Shown here: in pieces, positions 24,298-37,000 of the stretch | Position numbering within the stretch: position 1 is the stretch's first letter | Layout of the letters: each line of letters starts with the position of its first letter | From: Azolla caroliniana | Taxonomy: Eukaryota > Plantae > Polypodiophyta | NCBI GenBank assembly: GCA_043228905.1 | Contig: JBHGNT010000007.1 | Coordinates: forward strand, 3,782,001 to 3,846,000 | Length of the DNA: 64,000 nt | Direction of reading: 5' to 3' | Notes under the pieces: model-generated | Told to the model about the DNA's origin: nothing | The model's database searches: none | The model's input: only the letters and a program-made list of their open reading frames with translations | Made by a program: the position numbers and the translations under genes

Positions 24298-27200
24298 ATG
24301 ACGCTCGCTTTCCCTTCCTCTTACCACCTCCATTACCTGCAGGAATCCGCCATAGCCACCGAGCTCGACGCATCAGAGTATGTCTTTGCAGACCCGCATT
24401 TTTCGTCTTCTTCTTCTTCTCCTTCTTCAGTTTCTTCTTCCGGCCATGAAAGATTTACATCACGAACAATGCAGGTTCACTCCCCATTCATGATGTCCTC
24501 AAGTTCAGCTAGTAGGAGAGGAAGCTCCCATGGCGTTCATCCTCAGGATATGTATGCGACGAAGCTCGAAATAGTCGAATCAAGTAGCTTGGGACAATAC
24601 CATTCCTTTATTTCTTCTCAGCATGAGAATCTGTATCAGAAATTGTTTCAGGATCAAAGTAGTCACGGTGTCTGCGTTGCTGCAGAACTGGCGATGAAGG
24701 AAGGACGATCCATGTTTCAGAATCAGTCTAGTCGTGAGGTCTCCGTTGCCGCAGATATGGCGATGAAGGAGAGGAAGTCGATGTTTCAGAATGAATGTAG
24801 CCATGAGGTCGCTCCTTCGACAGTTATGGAGATGAAGGAGAGGAAGTCTGTGTTTTCGTATGCTGCGCCTACGAGAGAAGTGACATTATCTCAGACTGAA
24901 AAGTATCAGATATTTCAGGATCAATACTGTCCAGTCTCCTTTGCAGATATGGCCATGACAGAAAGGCAATCGGTGCTTGCTTCTACGTCTCTCATGCCGA
25001 GCTATGGAACTGTCAGCACACCCATATTTCACTCGGAAACACAAGGCTATGACACTAAGCTTGAAGTGATGGAATCAAGTATTCTGCATCATCGCCATCC
25101 TCATGCATCTCAACCTGAGCAGTATCAGATCCTTCAGGATCAACACAACCTTGAAGATATGGCGATGAAGGAAATTCATGGTTCAGTGCTTCCTGTACCG
25201 AGACAACTAGAGTCTCTGGAGGATGAGGACTTTACACAGGTAAAACATCCATTTACGGATCAAGGAAAGGATTATGTTGTGGCACCATGGCAGGTTTTCA
25301 CCAGCAGCGATCGATTATATACCAGAAACCTCGTGGATTCGGATAAGAAAGAAAAGCAAAGCTCCATGATTCCACCTCTTCATTCATGTACAGAAATGGC
25401 GTTAGTAGACAACGCTCTACAGGTGGATAGAGAAACCAAAGCAAGGAAAGGATCATCATTAACTGTGCAAGTGAATCAGCAACATCAAGGAAAGGATCAT
25501 CAACTCCCAGCCACATGGCAGATCTTCTGCAACGATGGCTATGGTGGAAGCACTCTGCTTATTTCTCCCACTCAATATTGCACCGCCAGTGAAGCTGATC
25601 AAGCAGCAGAGGCAGGCTTCTGGACCTCTATATATAATAATTATAACAAGGTCGATCAGATCAATGGAGTTGTAGTTACAGCAGATCCTGCATCATCATC
25701 AGTGTCCTCGCCACTACCTGCAGAGTTCAATGGTGTCTCCTCAAGTGGAACTGTAGCAACTAATTACACAGCCGATTCAGCCAGAGGAAGTTGCTCTCCA
25801 TCTTCATCATCTGTCTGCATACTCGGACAACATTCTCCATCTCCGTCTCCATCTCCTTCTATGGCATTCCATTTTGAATCTTCTTCCATCGATGTAGCCA
25901 TCTCTTCTAGGTCATCTTCTCTACCTGCACCAGCTATTCATAACAGTACTGAGAATCAATGCTGCTTAGAGCCTGCAGAAGCCTACAATTACACAAAGGA
26001 GAAGCACCTCGAACAAAAGTTAAAGGCGAATTGCAACCATTTGGAAGCATCTCATCAACTAGGAGAAGCTACTGATCATCTGGATATTTATCCAGAGAAA
26101 TATACCATATCTTCATCACCGTTGCTCACCACTAATCTTCCTGATATGATACTAATGGCCACACAAACGCAGAAGCTAGTAGAAGGTAGGCGAAAGGAAG
26201 AAGAAGATTTAGGGATAGAGCTAATCGAGCTTCTCACAGCCTGCGTTGAAGCGATTTCAGCAGGGGATTTAACCTCTGTGAACCAGCTATTGGCTCGATT
26301 AGGAAGACTTGCATCACCAACCGGCAATTCAGTGCAACGTCTGTCAGCTTATTTCACAGAAGCTATGGCATGCAGAGCTTCCAGGCTATGGCCACAGATG
26401 TATCAGATTCTCCCAGTGCTCTATACACAAACGGCAGACCTCGTGTGTAATACTAATGAAGTTGGAGATCCTGCAGCCATAGCTTGGCAGGCTCTGAACC
26501 AAGTCACGCCATTGGTGAAGTTCAGCCAATACACAGCAAACGAAATCATTCTGCAGGCGTTTCAAGGGGAAGAAAAGGTTCATATAATCGATCTTGACCT
26601 AAAACAAGGTCTGCAATGGCCATCTCTATTCCATTCTTTAGCCACAAGAGCTGGTGGACCTCCGAAGCTCGTCCGTCTAACAGGGATCGGAGAGTGCAAA
26701 GATGATGTACAAGACGCTGGTGATCGTTTAGCAGAGTTTGCAGAAGAACTTGGCCTGAGGTTAGAATTCCATGGGGTGGTGGATAAGCTGGAAGATGTTC
26801 GGCTATGGATGCTTCATGTGAAGACAAAGGAGGCAGTAGCAGTGAATTGCGTGTTGCAGCTTCATCGGGTTCTGAGAGATGAAAGCGGAGAAGAAGCTAG
26901 GAAGCTGCTAGCATTGATTCACAGTATGAAGCCGAAAGTGGTGGCTATGGTCGAACAAGAAGTTCTGCATGATTGTCTGCATGACGAGCCAGCCATGGAA
27001 GCTCGATTTGCTGGAGCCATTCGCTACTTCTCAGCTTTATTTGATGCACTGCAAGGAGGAGGACAAGGAGATCATACTCCTACAGATTTCCATGTAACTC
27101 GATTGAAGGTAGAGGAATTTTTGGGTGCACAGATCAGGAACATTGTGGCCTGCGAAGGGGAGATGAGGGTGGAGAGGTATCAGCCATGGCGGAGATGGAA

Positions 27201-27486
27201 GGCTCTGCTAGAAGATGCAGGCTTTTGCAACCAGTGTTTGTCTCACCGATCGCGTGTGCAGGCACAGATTCTTCTGCGTATGTTCTCTTCCTGCTCCTCC
27301 AAAGCCATGGCCACGACATCTTCCTTCCCTTCTGCTTATTCGTATCGTCTGCTCCCTGATGAACCTGAGCACCACCGCCTTACACTAGCTTGGTTGGACC
27401 AAACGCTCCTCACGGCCTCTGCTTGGGCGCCATCGCCATGGCCGACGCCGACGCCAACGCCGGCTTCGGCATCGCCGTCTTGCTGA
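24298..27486 (+). CDS. SCL28: GRAS transcription factor, SCL28/DLT subfamily-like, with a long N-terminal extension (1062 aa, intronless)
   Basis: GRAS domain from ~26200: LLTACVEAI, VHIIDLDLKQGLQWPSLF, the SCL28/DLT-typical VVDKLEDVRLWMLHVK..EAVAVNC, IRNIVACEG and a terminal ASAW. Subfamily assignment is from recalled motif similarity. Confidence 0.9.
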   Translation: MTLAFPSSYHLHYLQESAIATELDASEYVFADPHFSSSSSSPSSVSSSGHERFTSRTMQVHSPFMMSSSSASRRGSSHGVHPQDMYATKLEIVESSSLGQYHSFISSQHENLYQKLFQDQSSHGVCVAAELAMKEGRSMFQNQSSREVSVAADMAMKERKSMFQNECSHEVAPSTVMEMKERKSVFSYAAPTREVTLSQTEKYQIFQDQYCPVSFADMAMTERQSVLASTSLMPSYGTVSTPIFHSETQGYDTKLEVMESSILHHRHPHASQPEQYQILQDQHNLEDMAMKEIHGSVLPVPRQLESLEDEDFTQVKHPFTDQGKDYVVAPWQVFTSSDRLYTRNLVDSDKKEKQSSMIPPLHSCTEMALVDNALQVDRETKARKGSSLTVQVNQQHQGKDHQLPATWQIFCNDGYGGSTLLISPTQYCTASEADQAAEAGFWTSIYNNYNKVDQINGVVVTADPASSSVSSPLPAEFNGVSSSGTVATNYTADSARGSCSPSSSSVCILGQHSPSPSPSPSMAFHFESSSIDVAISSRSSSLPAPAIHNSTENQCCLEPAEAYNYTKEKHLEQKLKANCNHLEASHQLGEATDHLDIYPEKYTISSSPLLTTNLPDMILMATQTQKLVEGRRKEEEDLGIELIELLTACVEAISAGDLTSVNQLLARLGRLASPTGNSVQRLSAYFTEAMACRASRLWPQMYQILPVLYTQTADLVCNTNEVGDPAAIAWQALNQVTPLVKFSQYTANEIILQAFQGEEKVHIIDLDLKQGLQWPSLFHSLATRAGGPPKLVRLTGIGECKDDVQDAGDRLAEFAEELGLRLEFHGVVDKLEDVRLWMLHVKTKEAVAVNCVLQLHRVLRDESGEEARKLLALIHSMKPKVVAMVEQEVLHDCLHDEPAMEARFAGAIRYFSALFDALQGGGQGDHTPTDFHVTRLKVEEFLGAQIRNIVACEGEMRVERYQPWRRWKALLEDAGFCNQCLSHRSRVQAQILLRMFSSCSSKAMATTSSFPSAYSYRLLPDEPEHHRLTLAWLDQTLLTASAWAPSPWPTPTPTPASASPSC

Positions 27487-27621
27487 ACCGAACCTCTGAA
27501 ATCGGCTTCGGCATCGCTAGCCTGCTGAACCGAACCTCTGAAATCGGCTTCGGCATCGCTAGCCTGCTGAACCGAACCTCTAAAATCGGCTTCGGCATCG
27601 TTACCCTGCTGAACCGAACCT
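27461..27621. repeat. 42-bp tandem repeat (~3.8 copies) spanning the GRAS stop codon
   Basis: Unit CGGCTTCGGCATCGCTAGCCTGCTGAACCGAACCTCTGAAAT starting at 27461, 27503, 27545 and 27587. Confidence 0.95.
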
Positions 27622-29134
27622 ATGCTATGCTTCTTCATTTCATTCATTATTTCATTCTATTCTTATTCTATTCATTTCATATTGTTTTTGGACACACACA
27701 CACACACACACAGATTTCTTCTATTTTTACAAGTGGGAGGGTATAAAAAAAAGGACCCCAACTAAGAAGGCCATTCATTTTCTTCGCTAATATTTGTTCA
27801 CATTATTATACACATACAAATATCAAATTCTTCGTTTCGATCATCCGTGTAATCTTTGTCGATACAATTCCTTGTTTTGGTTGTCTCTCTAATCTGTCCA
27901 TCTAAGTTTCATTGCTTCGATCCCTTGTTTTGATTGTTTTTCTAATGCTTCGATCCATTGATATGAATGAATTTGAGAATGGAGGAATTCTTGCCTTGCA
28001 TGATGTTGTTTAGTTTCTTAACCCAATGCCAACCATCTATCATTGGCATGGATGGATTCACCTACATGAAAAAGGGCCCTAGCGCAAGGCTCGGGAAATA
28101 TACTTGTTGCAATTCCTTTTGTTATTTGCTCAATGTTTGAAACCCAAGAAACCTTGCTTTTTCTCTATCTTTAGTGCATTTCTCGCATTAAGAATTTGAG
28201 GGGATGGAAAGACATTGAAACCCCGCTTGGAAAGTATTATATGTTCAATATGTGAAACCCAGAAAACCTTGCTTGGGGTGGGTGGAGAGGTATGTAAAAG
28301 AGGGGTAAAGGATGAAAAGTAATGCTCCTAGTTTTGTAACATGAGGTCATACGTAACAAACCATTTGTGAAACAAAGCACTTGCCTTTTGTACACATTAT
28401 CAAGAGCTTATCGTGTAGTTGTTGGTCTATTTCTTTGTCAAGGTCTTTCAAAGGCATTGGCATACTTCTTTTGTCTCTCCCTTTCATCAAGACTGTTGTC
28501 ATCATCAAATCAAAACTTTCTTAAGGAATGAAATTTTAATTTTGCACTGATTTCTTAAGAAAAACGTCTCAAAAGGAAACCCGCCAAGAGGGTGTTGATT
28601 GCTATATTGAAACCACCAAAGCATTTTGACAGGCTTTAAGCTATGCAATGGCCCTAATACCAAGTTGTGATTCAGTAAGGGAAAGGTTCTAGCCATCTCA
28701 ATAGTACTAGGAGTTTAACCTACTTAAGTTTTCCGAATCACAAAGCATTAAGGTTCTCGGGGCCTTGGTTCAATCCAATCCAAAGTAATTTAGCACTATC
28801 ATCTGGAGCTTCCATTTGTTTGGCTTAGTCAGGATAGGAAACAAGAGGGCTGACAATGACATCTCCCCGAGGCTTTTGTGAAGTGCCAATGGTGAAACCA
28901 ATCAATTCATTCAGCTTTGGCGAATTGGGGGGGGGGGGGGTATTGACGAAGTTCAAGTGAGGGCATTTCGGGAAATGGGGGAAAATTAAAAAGGGTATTT
29001 GGGGAGATTAGAAAAATACAGGGGCATTATTGTGTAATTACGGAAAACCCACCCGAACAACAGGTCATGTTTATTACTATTCCAGCGTGTTTTTCTTCGC
29101 CTCAAGCTTTCTCTCTTCACCCTCCCCCGTGGCG

Positions 29135-32100
29135 ATGGCGGACGACTGCACGAGAAGCTTCGTTGAGGTAGATCTCGAGATCGCAACTAATGATGCATCG
29201 TCTCCCCCTGTACCTCTGACCCCTGAGCAGAAATCTCTACAAGCAGCTCTCTTAAATGTTGCAGAATGTCGGGCCAAGCTTGAAGCTCTAGGTGAACCCC
29301 CTGAACATGAAGCTATCGAAGAATCTCGTTCTGCCATAGCTTCCATCGATGATGCTCTCTCTTCTGAGCTTGAACGTCTCCATCTCTCTCCTCCTCCTCC
29401 CGACTCGGACCCTCAAGAATGGTCTGCTTACCTGGTAAGATCTGTCATGCTCTTTCCTGAAAGACAAAATCTTCCTTGAATGTCTTATTTCTCACACATT
29501 TTATGTCTTTTGCTTTATTTCTTCTGAAAGGAGTTTTTGTCATAAAAACAGCTTGAGGCTTACTATGCGTTCTTCGACCTGATTATTTTGGTGCTTTTAA
29601 TGTTAGTTTCTTTCTTTTATTCTTCTGTTCGAGCCTTTTTCAACACCTGAAAGAGGGAAATTTAGGTTTTGTCTCAATTTGGTTTGGTCTGGTTTGTATT
29701 TTTTTCTTAGTTTTTTCATCTGCTCGCTCATCAATATCTATACTTAACAAATTCTTTAGTTTGATCCTTCTTGAATTCAAAAGAGAAAATTCCTGTCTTT
29801 TCTTCTGTTCTTGAATGCATGAATTTATGTTGTTTTATGTTCTGTTTCTGCTTTTGTAGACCTAGACGAAAAATCACAATAAGTTGAGCTGCTCTTTTTT
29901 TTTTCCGTTGGATTCCCTCCTGAACGCTGGAAAGGTAGAATTTTCCATAAATTAGGTATTCTGACTTTTATCTGTTTCTAGATGTCTTTTGTTTTCTTTT
30001 ATTCAATTCTTCTCGAATGCATAAAAGGAAAGATGCATTTGATTCTATAAATATAGGTTTTCTGCTTTCTATCTGATTCTGTAGTAAAATGTATCTGTTT
30101 CTAGTAATATGTATCAGTTTCTGTTTTTTGGTCATTTGTTCTGTGATTCTTTTGTTGAATTCTAATTTTTTGTAAGTTCCTAAATCAGGACTTCAACTGG
30201 GTAAGAACCACCAGTTTCTAACCTTTTTGTTCTTTTCTTTGATTATTCTTGCATGCCTAAGAAGGGAAATGTTTCATGGTGTTCCATATGCTGACATCCA
30301 TTCGTGCTATTTGTAGTGAACCTTGGAAATTTTCCATAAATTTAAATTGTCTACATTATTTCTGTTTCTGGGAAGCTCTATCTATTTTCTGCTGTTCGTT
30401 CTTTTTTTTTTCTTGCAGTATCCTTGAATGCTTAAAATGGAAATATTTTCAGAACTATGTGTCCTGTGTTCCATTGGTCCAATTTTTTTCTCATCCTGGC
30501 TCTTAAATCAGGATTTCTACCTGATAAGTACTATCTGTATCGAAAACCATTGTCTTCGTTAATCCTTTCATGCCGAAAATGGAAAATTTTCCATAAATTA
30601 GTTTTTTATCTTTATTCTGTCTGTTTCTTTTGTCATTTTCTAATGGAAATTTTACTCACAAAGTTTGATCAATATCCCAATTTTTTTACTCTTCTTGAAT
30701 GCATAATAAGGATTTTTCCATAAAATGGGTTTTCTGCATTCGATATGTTTATTTTCCTCACTCCTAAAAGGGCATTTCTATTCTACATTTTGCCCTAGAT
30801 TTGGATTTCTATCATAAATTTGACCTGGATGGGGATTTCTACCCTTATGTTTTTGTCTTAAACAGGCGTTTTCTCTCTAGTTTTTGTCTGAATGAGTACT
30901 TGCCTCAGAAAGAGAAGGAATTGCATGCCACCCATAATAATTGCCACTATCAGTCTCTCACTTTGTTCTTCTGTTTAATATTTTTAGTGGCTAGAGGGGA
31001 AATTTTGCCATAAATTAGGCTTTGTGTTTTCATTCATTCTTAAATGTGAGTTTCTGCTCTCTTTTTGCCCTAAATGCTTTTTCATCTCCCCCCCCCCCCC
31101 CGCTGTTGATTCTTTATAGGCTCGGAAGGAGAAGGAATTACATGATACTGCTCACAATTCACAGTTGCCATACCTAGCCCTGATTCAAACAGATGAGCTG
31201 TATCGTTGCTATGAATTGTTGTTGAGAGATGCAGAAATGGACATGATTAGGTTGTCTTCTACGCCTAACTCTCCTGCACCATCGCCTAAGACTGCAAAAA
31301 TCCTCTCAGAAAATGAAGAAGAAGGTGTTCCAAATGAGGACGTGTTGAGGATTTTGTCATTGGCCAAAGAAGGACCAGTTACAGAAGTTGACTTGAAGGG
31401 GCGCGGGTTAATATCTATCCCAGATGCTTTTGGAAGGATATCCACCCTTGTCTTGCTTGATCTGTCGGAAAATAAATTAAAGGTAACCTTCACGATGCTC
31501 AATCATAAGTTAATGATAGTATGTTCTTATATATTGCTTTTCTTGTGTAGGTGCTCTCTGATTCAATTGGTGGACTGACTAACCTTGAGACACTGAACCT
31601 CGAACATAATAACCTTGAATCTCTTCCCGATTCTATTGGATTGCTGAAGAATCTCAAGTTTTTGAATGTTTCTTCAAACAAGCTCACTGCTTTTCCAGAA
31701 AGCATTTTGCATTGCAGGTATTCATCTGGCTAGTTATGATATTTATTGGGGTATTGTAGCATTACTTTCATTGAGATCAGCTCTAATGTAGGTTGGATAG
31801 GTTGTCTAATATATCATGGGTTACCATGGATGTTAGATATTTCAAATGTCGCAAAGTAAGACAGAAGTTGAGATTGCACCTTTCCTCGGGGCAAATTAAT
31901 CACAAGGCACCCCAATCTTTGGGACTGTTTAGGGTTTAGGGTTTAGGCAAATTAAGTTCCGATCCAGCTCAACCATAATGTAGGTTCGGAACTTAATTAG
32001 GGTTGGTCATTAGAGACTGCATCACCACCTTGCCCATATTAGGTGAATACATTGAAGAAACGGTCAACAAGCTCTGAGTTTATCCCCCATGGTCTGATGC

Positions 32101-33868
32101 CAAGAAAATGTTGGAGCCCAAGCGGTGCCCACCTTGGGATACTGAAGGGGTTAAGAATGTGCGATGGCACTATGTAATGTGAGTAGAGTAAACAAATAAG
32201 ATCTTGCAATTTTTAGAGAGAGAAATAAAGAAAGATGTATAACATTGACAAGATGCTGAAATAGGTCTATGAGAAAGCTAAATCTACTGCAGGCGCACTA
32301 CAAATGTGTGTGTTATCTGAACAAATAATAATAGACATCCAAATTTTAGGTGTCAGTTGTATTTGAGAAATCCTAGTACTGGGATAGAGGAAAATGAGAG
32401 TTCCATAGCCAGAGAATCAAATGCATCAATATTTTACATGTGTGGGGTATTCAAGCATGAAAAGTGAAATTTACTGTTTATGTCTACAAGACCTCTAGGG
32501 CATTACGAGAAAAATTGTTGGATACATTAGTCTCCTCCGACTCTTATCCCTGCTACACTTTGCAATTTTTAATGGTCTGTCCAATATGTCAATCATACAT
32601 CCCCTTATCTGGAGTGCAGGAAAACCAACAGAGTAACATGTAGGTCTGAGCTAATGCAATGTTTGACTGAGTTTGATCCCTTCATATGCTGAACAAGCCA
32701 ATAGCACATGTGCTTCTTTTTCCACCATACCTTCAATACATGGCAATGTCCAAATTCACTTAGGATGTTTGCCTCCCTACCCTCTTTTCACCAAGCCTGC
32801 CAATACAGTTTTTTCATTGAAATAAGAAAAAACTCTGAAACACACCTGCGTTTTTGTTTATTCCCCAAATGCCACTTAAGTTTTATCACTCCCCTAACTC
32901 TTGGTCAAGCCCCAGAAATGCGACTGTGCATGCTATTTGAGCGATTACATGCCAATTCATCCCTTTTTCTCTTTCGAGGAAAATAACAAATAGTCAGTGC
33001 TTTTAAGGAAATAATGACAATCTGCTGTATTTTGGACTTTCCTCTCGAGTTACTTGGCCTGCTGTTGCATAATCTTATGTGGCCTGCTTTCTTTAGTGTT
33101 GGAACTCACCAAATATATGAACATTTCCTGTAGCGCATTCACTAATGTTATCCATATGCACTCTTGGATCATGTATGTTCGTTCATTCATTATTTCATTA
33201 ATCAAGTATGCTTTGGTGTTTGATTTTGCAGTTCTTTGGTGTCACTTGTTGCTAACTTGAATCAACTTTCTTACCTTCCGTCACAAATTGGATTTAGCCT
33301 CACCAACCTAGAGCAATTATCAGTTCAGTGGAATAAACTACGAACTTTACCAGCTTCAGTTTGCAATTTAAAGTCATTGAAACGCCTTGAAGTGAAGTTC
33401 AATCATTTGAAGGTTTTGCCTGCAGCAATAGGAAATCTGACGAATTTGGAAGTTCTAGATGCTAGTTGCAACTTCATGGATCTGCAAACTGTTCCAGACA
33501 CAATCGGTGACCTAACATCATTGGTTGAAATTGATTTGAGTTGCAACCAAATTAAGTTTTTGCCACCCTCGTTTGGAAGATTGCAAAATCTGAAGAAGAT
33601 TAACATTCTGGATAATCCTTTGGTAATTCCACCCATGACCATTGCTGAGAGTGGATGTGAAGAAATAGTGGCTTTTATGAAGGAGAGGTGGCAAAGCTTT
33701 TTGGATGAGAAAAATAGGCCAATAGAAGAGGATGATCATGTTCCAAGTACATGGGGATCATGGTTAGGCAAAGTTGTTTCAGCTGTAACACATTGGCCAT
33801 CTAGCATTGATCCAAATCAGCCTTCGGAAGCTTCTAGCATTGATAAATTGTTGGATCAACAGTTATAA
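29135..33868 (+). CDS. Plant intracellular Ras-group-related LRR protein (PIRL-like); exons 29135-29434, 31120-31482, 31551-31717, 33232-33868 (488 aa)
   Basis: GT/AG sites join in phase (0, 0, 2; 1467 nt total). N-terminal [19 protein letters not shown] and YELLLRDAE coiled-coil segments typical of PIRLs. LRRs ([21 protein letters not shown]) end in NPLVIPP. Confidence 0.9.
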
Positions 33869-33877
33869 AAAGATGAG

Positions 33878-34015
33878 GTACATAAAAATAAACCATGAGC
33901 CCCTTTTCTGTCATCGGCATGTTGTCTAGTAGTAGTCTTGTATGGTGAAGTTGTACATAAAAATAAACCATGAGCCCGTTTTACTTCATTGGCATGTTGT
34001 CTAGTGTTAGTCTTC
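33878..34015. repeat. 75-bp tandem duplication in the PIRL 3' UTR, each copy containing AATAAA
   Basis: GTACATAAAAATAAACCATGAGCCC...GGCATGTTGTCTAGT at 33878 and 33953. Confidence 0.85.
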
Positions 34016-37000
34016 TAAGTTACGAATCTTTCCCAATCTAGTATCTGGTACTTTTTTGGTTATTCAGACGTGGTGTGTTGCTGCATGAGCTTTGGTTTGC
34101 ATAAGCAGGGTTCTTTATAATAAACTTGAAATCTGATATCAACCAAATAATAAACATGTAACATTAGTTGATTTGGGTGTGAATATAAAAGGGTATCTGC
34201 TTTTATCACATTGCTAGTATCACTGGAGACCACCTCAATACTTGGTTTTTTTATAATGAGTTAGATATGCCTAAGTGAAACCATGATACCATCGACTCTA
34301 TTTCACAAGTGAGCAGAAAACAATGTGGAATTGTCAACTCTAATAAACAAAGCTTGGGTTTTACCTAACCTTTTGACTTAGATACATTTGAACTAAAGGT
34401 TTATGTTAGGTTAATCCTACTTCTGTTTACATTTTAGAGATGTTATATTTTTAGAACATTTCTTAAATGCTTTTGAACAACATCAAGTTGTATAGGAACA
34501 GATGGTAGAATGGGCGGTTTTCTTTCTAAGCTCAATTAACAAACCTAACCAATCAAAATTGATTGTGGAATCACCTACATCTCATGCTATGACACAATAC
34601 CCCAAGCATCCATGAAACACATCCAATTACCGCTATGATTTGGCCAATCAATGGAAGGTTACCAACCACATTTGTCAAAGGATGCAATGTGCAAAACAAT
34701 TCTAGTAAAGTTTGAGAAACGTCAAGGAGCTCAAGGAGTTATATGTGTATGTTTTGTGTTTGTGATCATGTTATATTAGTGATTAGTTGATTGTATTAGA
34801 GTGATACTAATATATTGTAGTACAATCAGTAGTCTCGACCTGAGTTTTACCTTAATAGTGGTATTTTGGTATTTGGATATTCTATGACCAAGTGGGTTTT
34901 ACATCTTTGAGTTTACAATTAAAAATAAGGAGTTTGTTGTGTTCGTCATATCTTTTATGCATTTCAGATCAATCCTTTTATAGGCTGAAAGTCATACTAT
35001 CCAATTTTAGAGTCCATTGGTTAATTGAAATTTTATGTATAAGGTCTAAGATACCTCCAAGAATAACAGTTAGTTGATAACATTATTTCCATTATGTTTT
35101 CTACATGTACAATCAGCACTATCATTCTATAAATATATATAATTTCCAATCAGTATTAAGGTACTATAGCACATTTGTAGAACTAACTTTTCATATTGAT
35201 AATACTTTTGATTAGTGTATACCTTCTTGTATCCTTGAGAGTTGTGGTGAATAAAGTTACAAAATTCATGTATGGGCATTCATGTCACCAAAGACAATAA
35301 CCTTTCTTTTCTTGGAAGAAAGCAATGTGATTAGCTGGATCTAGATTTACAGAAGGTTGGTATCGATCTAAATAAACATAAAAGTTAGAATCGTTATGAT
35401 GCTATTGCAAAAGTTGGAAGGTTATTCAGTGGTGTTATTTTCAACCATATGTAGCATTTATGCTCATCAAATCAATGATAAAAACATTATCTTCAATCCC
35501 CGCTTAATCAAACATGCCACCCCTCCACATCATCTTTGTTTTCTTGGAGAGAATGATCTCTTCATGTTTGATATGTTCCACTTGACATCAAACGGCACAT
35601 TTGTGTCATATTCGTTGAACCCTTACTCTAAAACTAGTAAAGTAGACATGAGAAAAAGAAGATGAGGCTTTCTTTGTTGGTCGTTAGAAGAAGTCTAGTA
35701 AACATGACAAGGAAGATGTGTGTTGCTTTATTGGTAACTAGAAGTTTAGTCCCTCAAGAGATTGTTGGAAGAAACATGATGATGCTTGATGCGAAATAGA
35801 TTACCAATAGTTAGAGGTAATTGAATTGAGTAGCCTTTATATTCTTTGTATTGAGTTGTCTTTATATTCCCAAAAACACTTATTTCTTGGTGTGAAAACA
35901 ATGAGTGCATAGAAAGTGATATGTGTAAACCTTATGATCCATATAGGTTATTTGAAAATCTATTTCCAATTGATCTTGAGTTTTCAGGTTTCCCCTCCAA
36001 TGTTTGCTATGTGTTTTATGAGATATATATTGCGTTTTTTTTACTGTTTCTAATCTAACATTTAAATATTGTTCAAGAGTTTTTTTCCCTTGCTTTTGAG
36101 GTTACCCACTTGTAACATAATGATTGGCGAAAAACAAAAGCGAGTTTTAGAAGAGAGCGTTAAGTATTACAAGAGGAAAGAAAGAAAGTGTCTAATAATG
36201 TCTAGAATGGCCTATGAGACTAAAAAACATTAGATTGATAATGTTGTTGACATGTGAGACTAAAAAATATTACAATCATTATATTGTTTGATATGTCGTC
36301 CTAGTGTTATTATTTTCAGCCATGCGAATAATTTATGCTCAACATATTATGACATAAACAAGAATCTAATCTAATATATAAATGAACGGGCTCTATCAAA
36401 AGATCTCTCTCATATGAGAATTATTTGTAAAAAAGTGATGCATATGATTTCTACATGTTTGGTATTTTTTATGGATAACTATGTTTTTCATAGATTGATT
36501 TATGGGCTAATATCAAAGCAATCCTTGCACACAAATAAACGTGTTATACCTTACTTTGGGCAAATCGGTTGATTCACATTCATTAATCAATGACAAAATT
36601 AAATTGAATTAAGAAGCATTATCCCATTTGTGTCTTTACATTTAGGTTCTTGATGATAGTCTGCAAGCTTGAACCAACCTTATAGCTTAATGTCACGTAT
36701 GATACACATCACATGATTGCTTGTTAGTGGATGGATGGTCTACATGTATTTGAGTTTAATTTGCAACATTCATAGCCTCAACGCTCTTGATCAAATATTT
36801 TATTACTAAATCTATTTGTGATGGAGAGCCTCTAGAGTGAGTTTATGTATCTCAATTCATATCATACCTAAATTACTCACAAATATTTATTTATGTATTT
36901 CATTGTTCTAAATACTAGAGAGACAAATGTTCTTCCTAAAATGCATGGAGTTTCTCATTACTGAGACAATGTTATGCGCATACTTGTGTATGGTAAGGGA

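Noticed and set aside
27461-27621. CRISPR-like regular repeats (also 15676-15875 and 62085-62340)
   Set aside because: Head-to-tail units without unique spacers, no cas genes, eukaryotic context.
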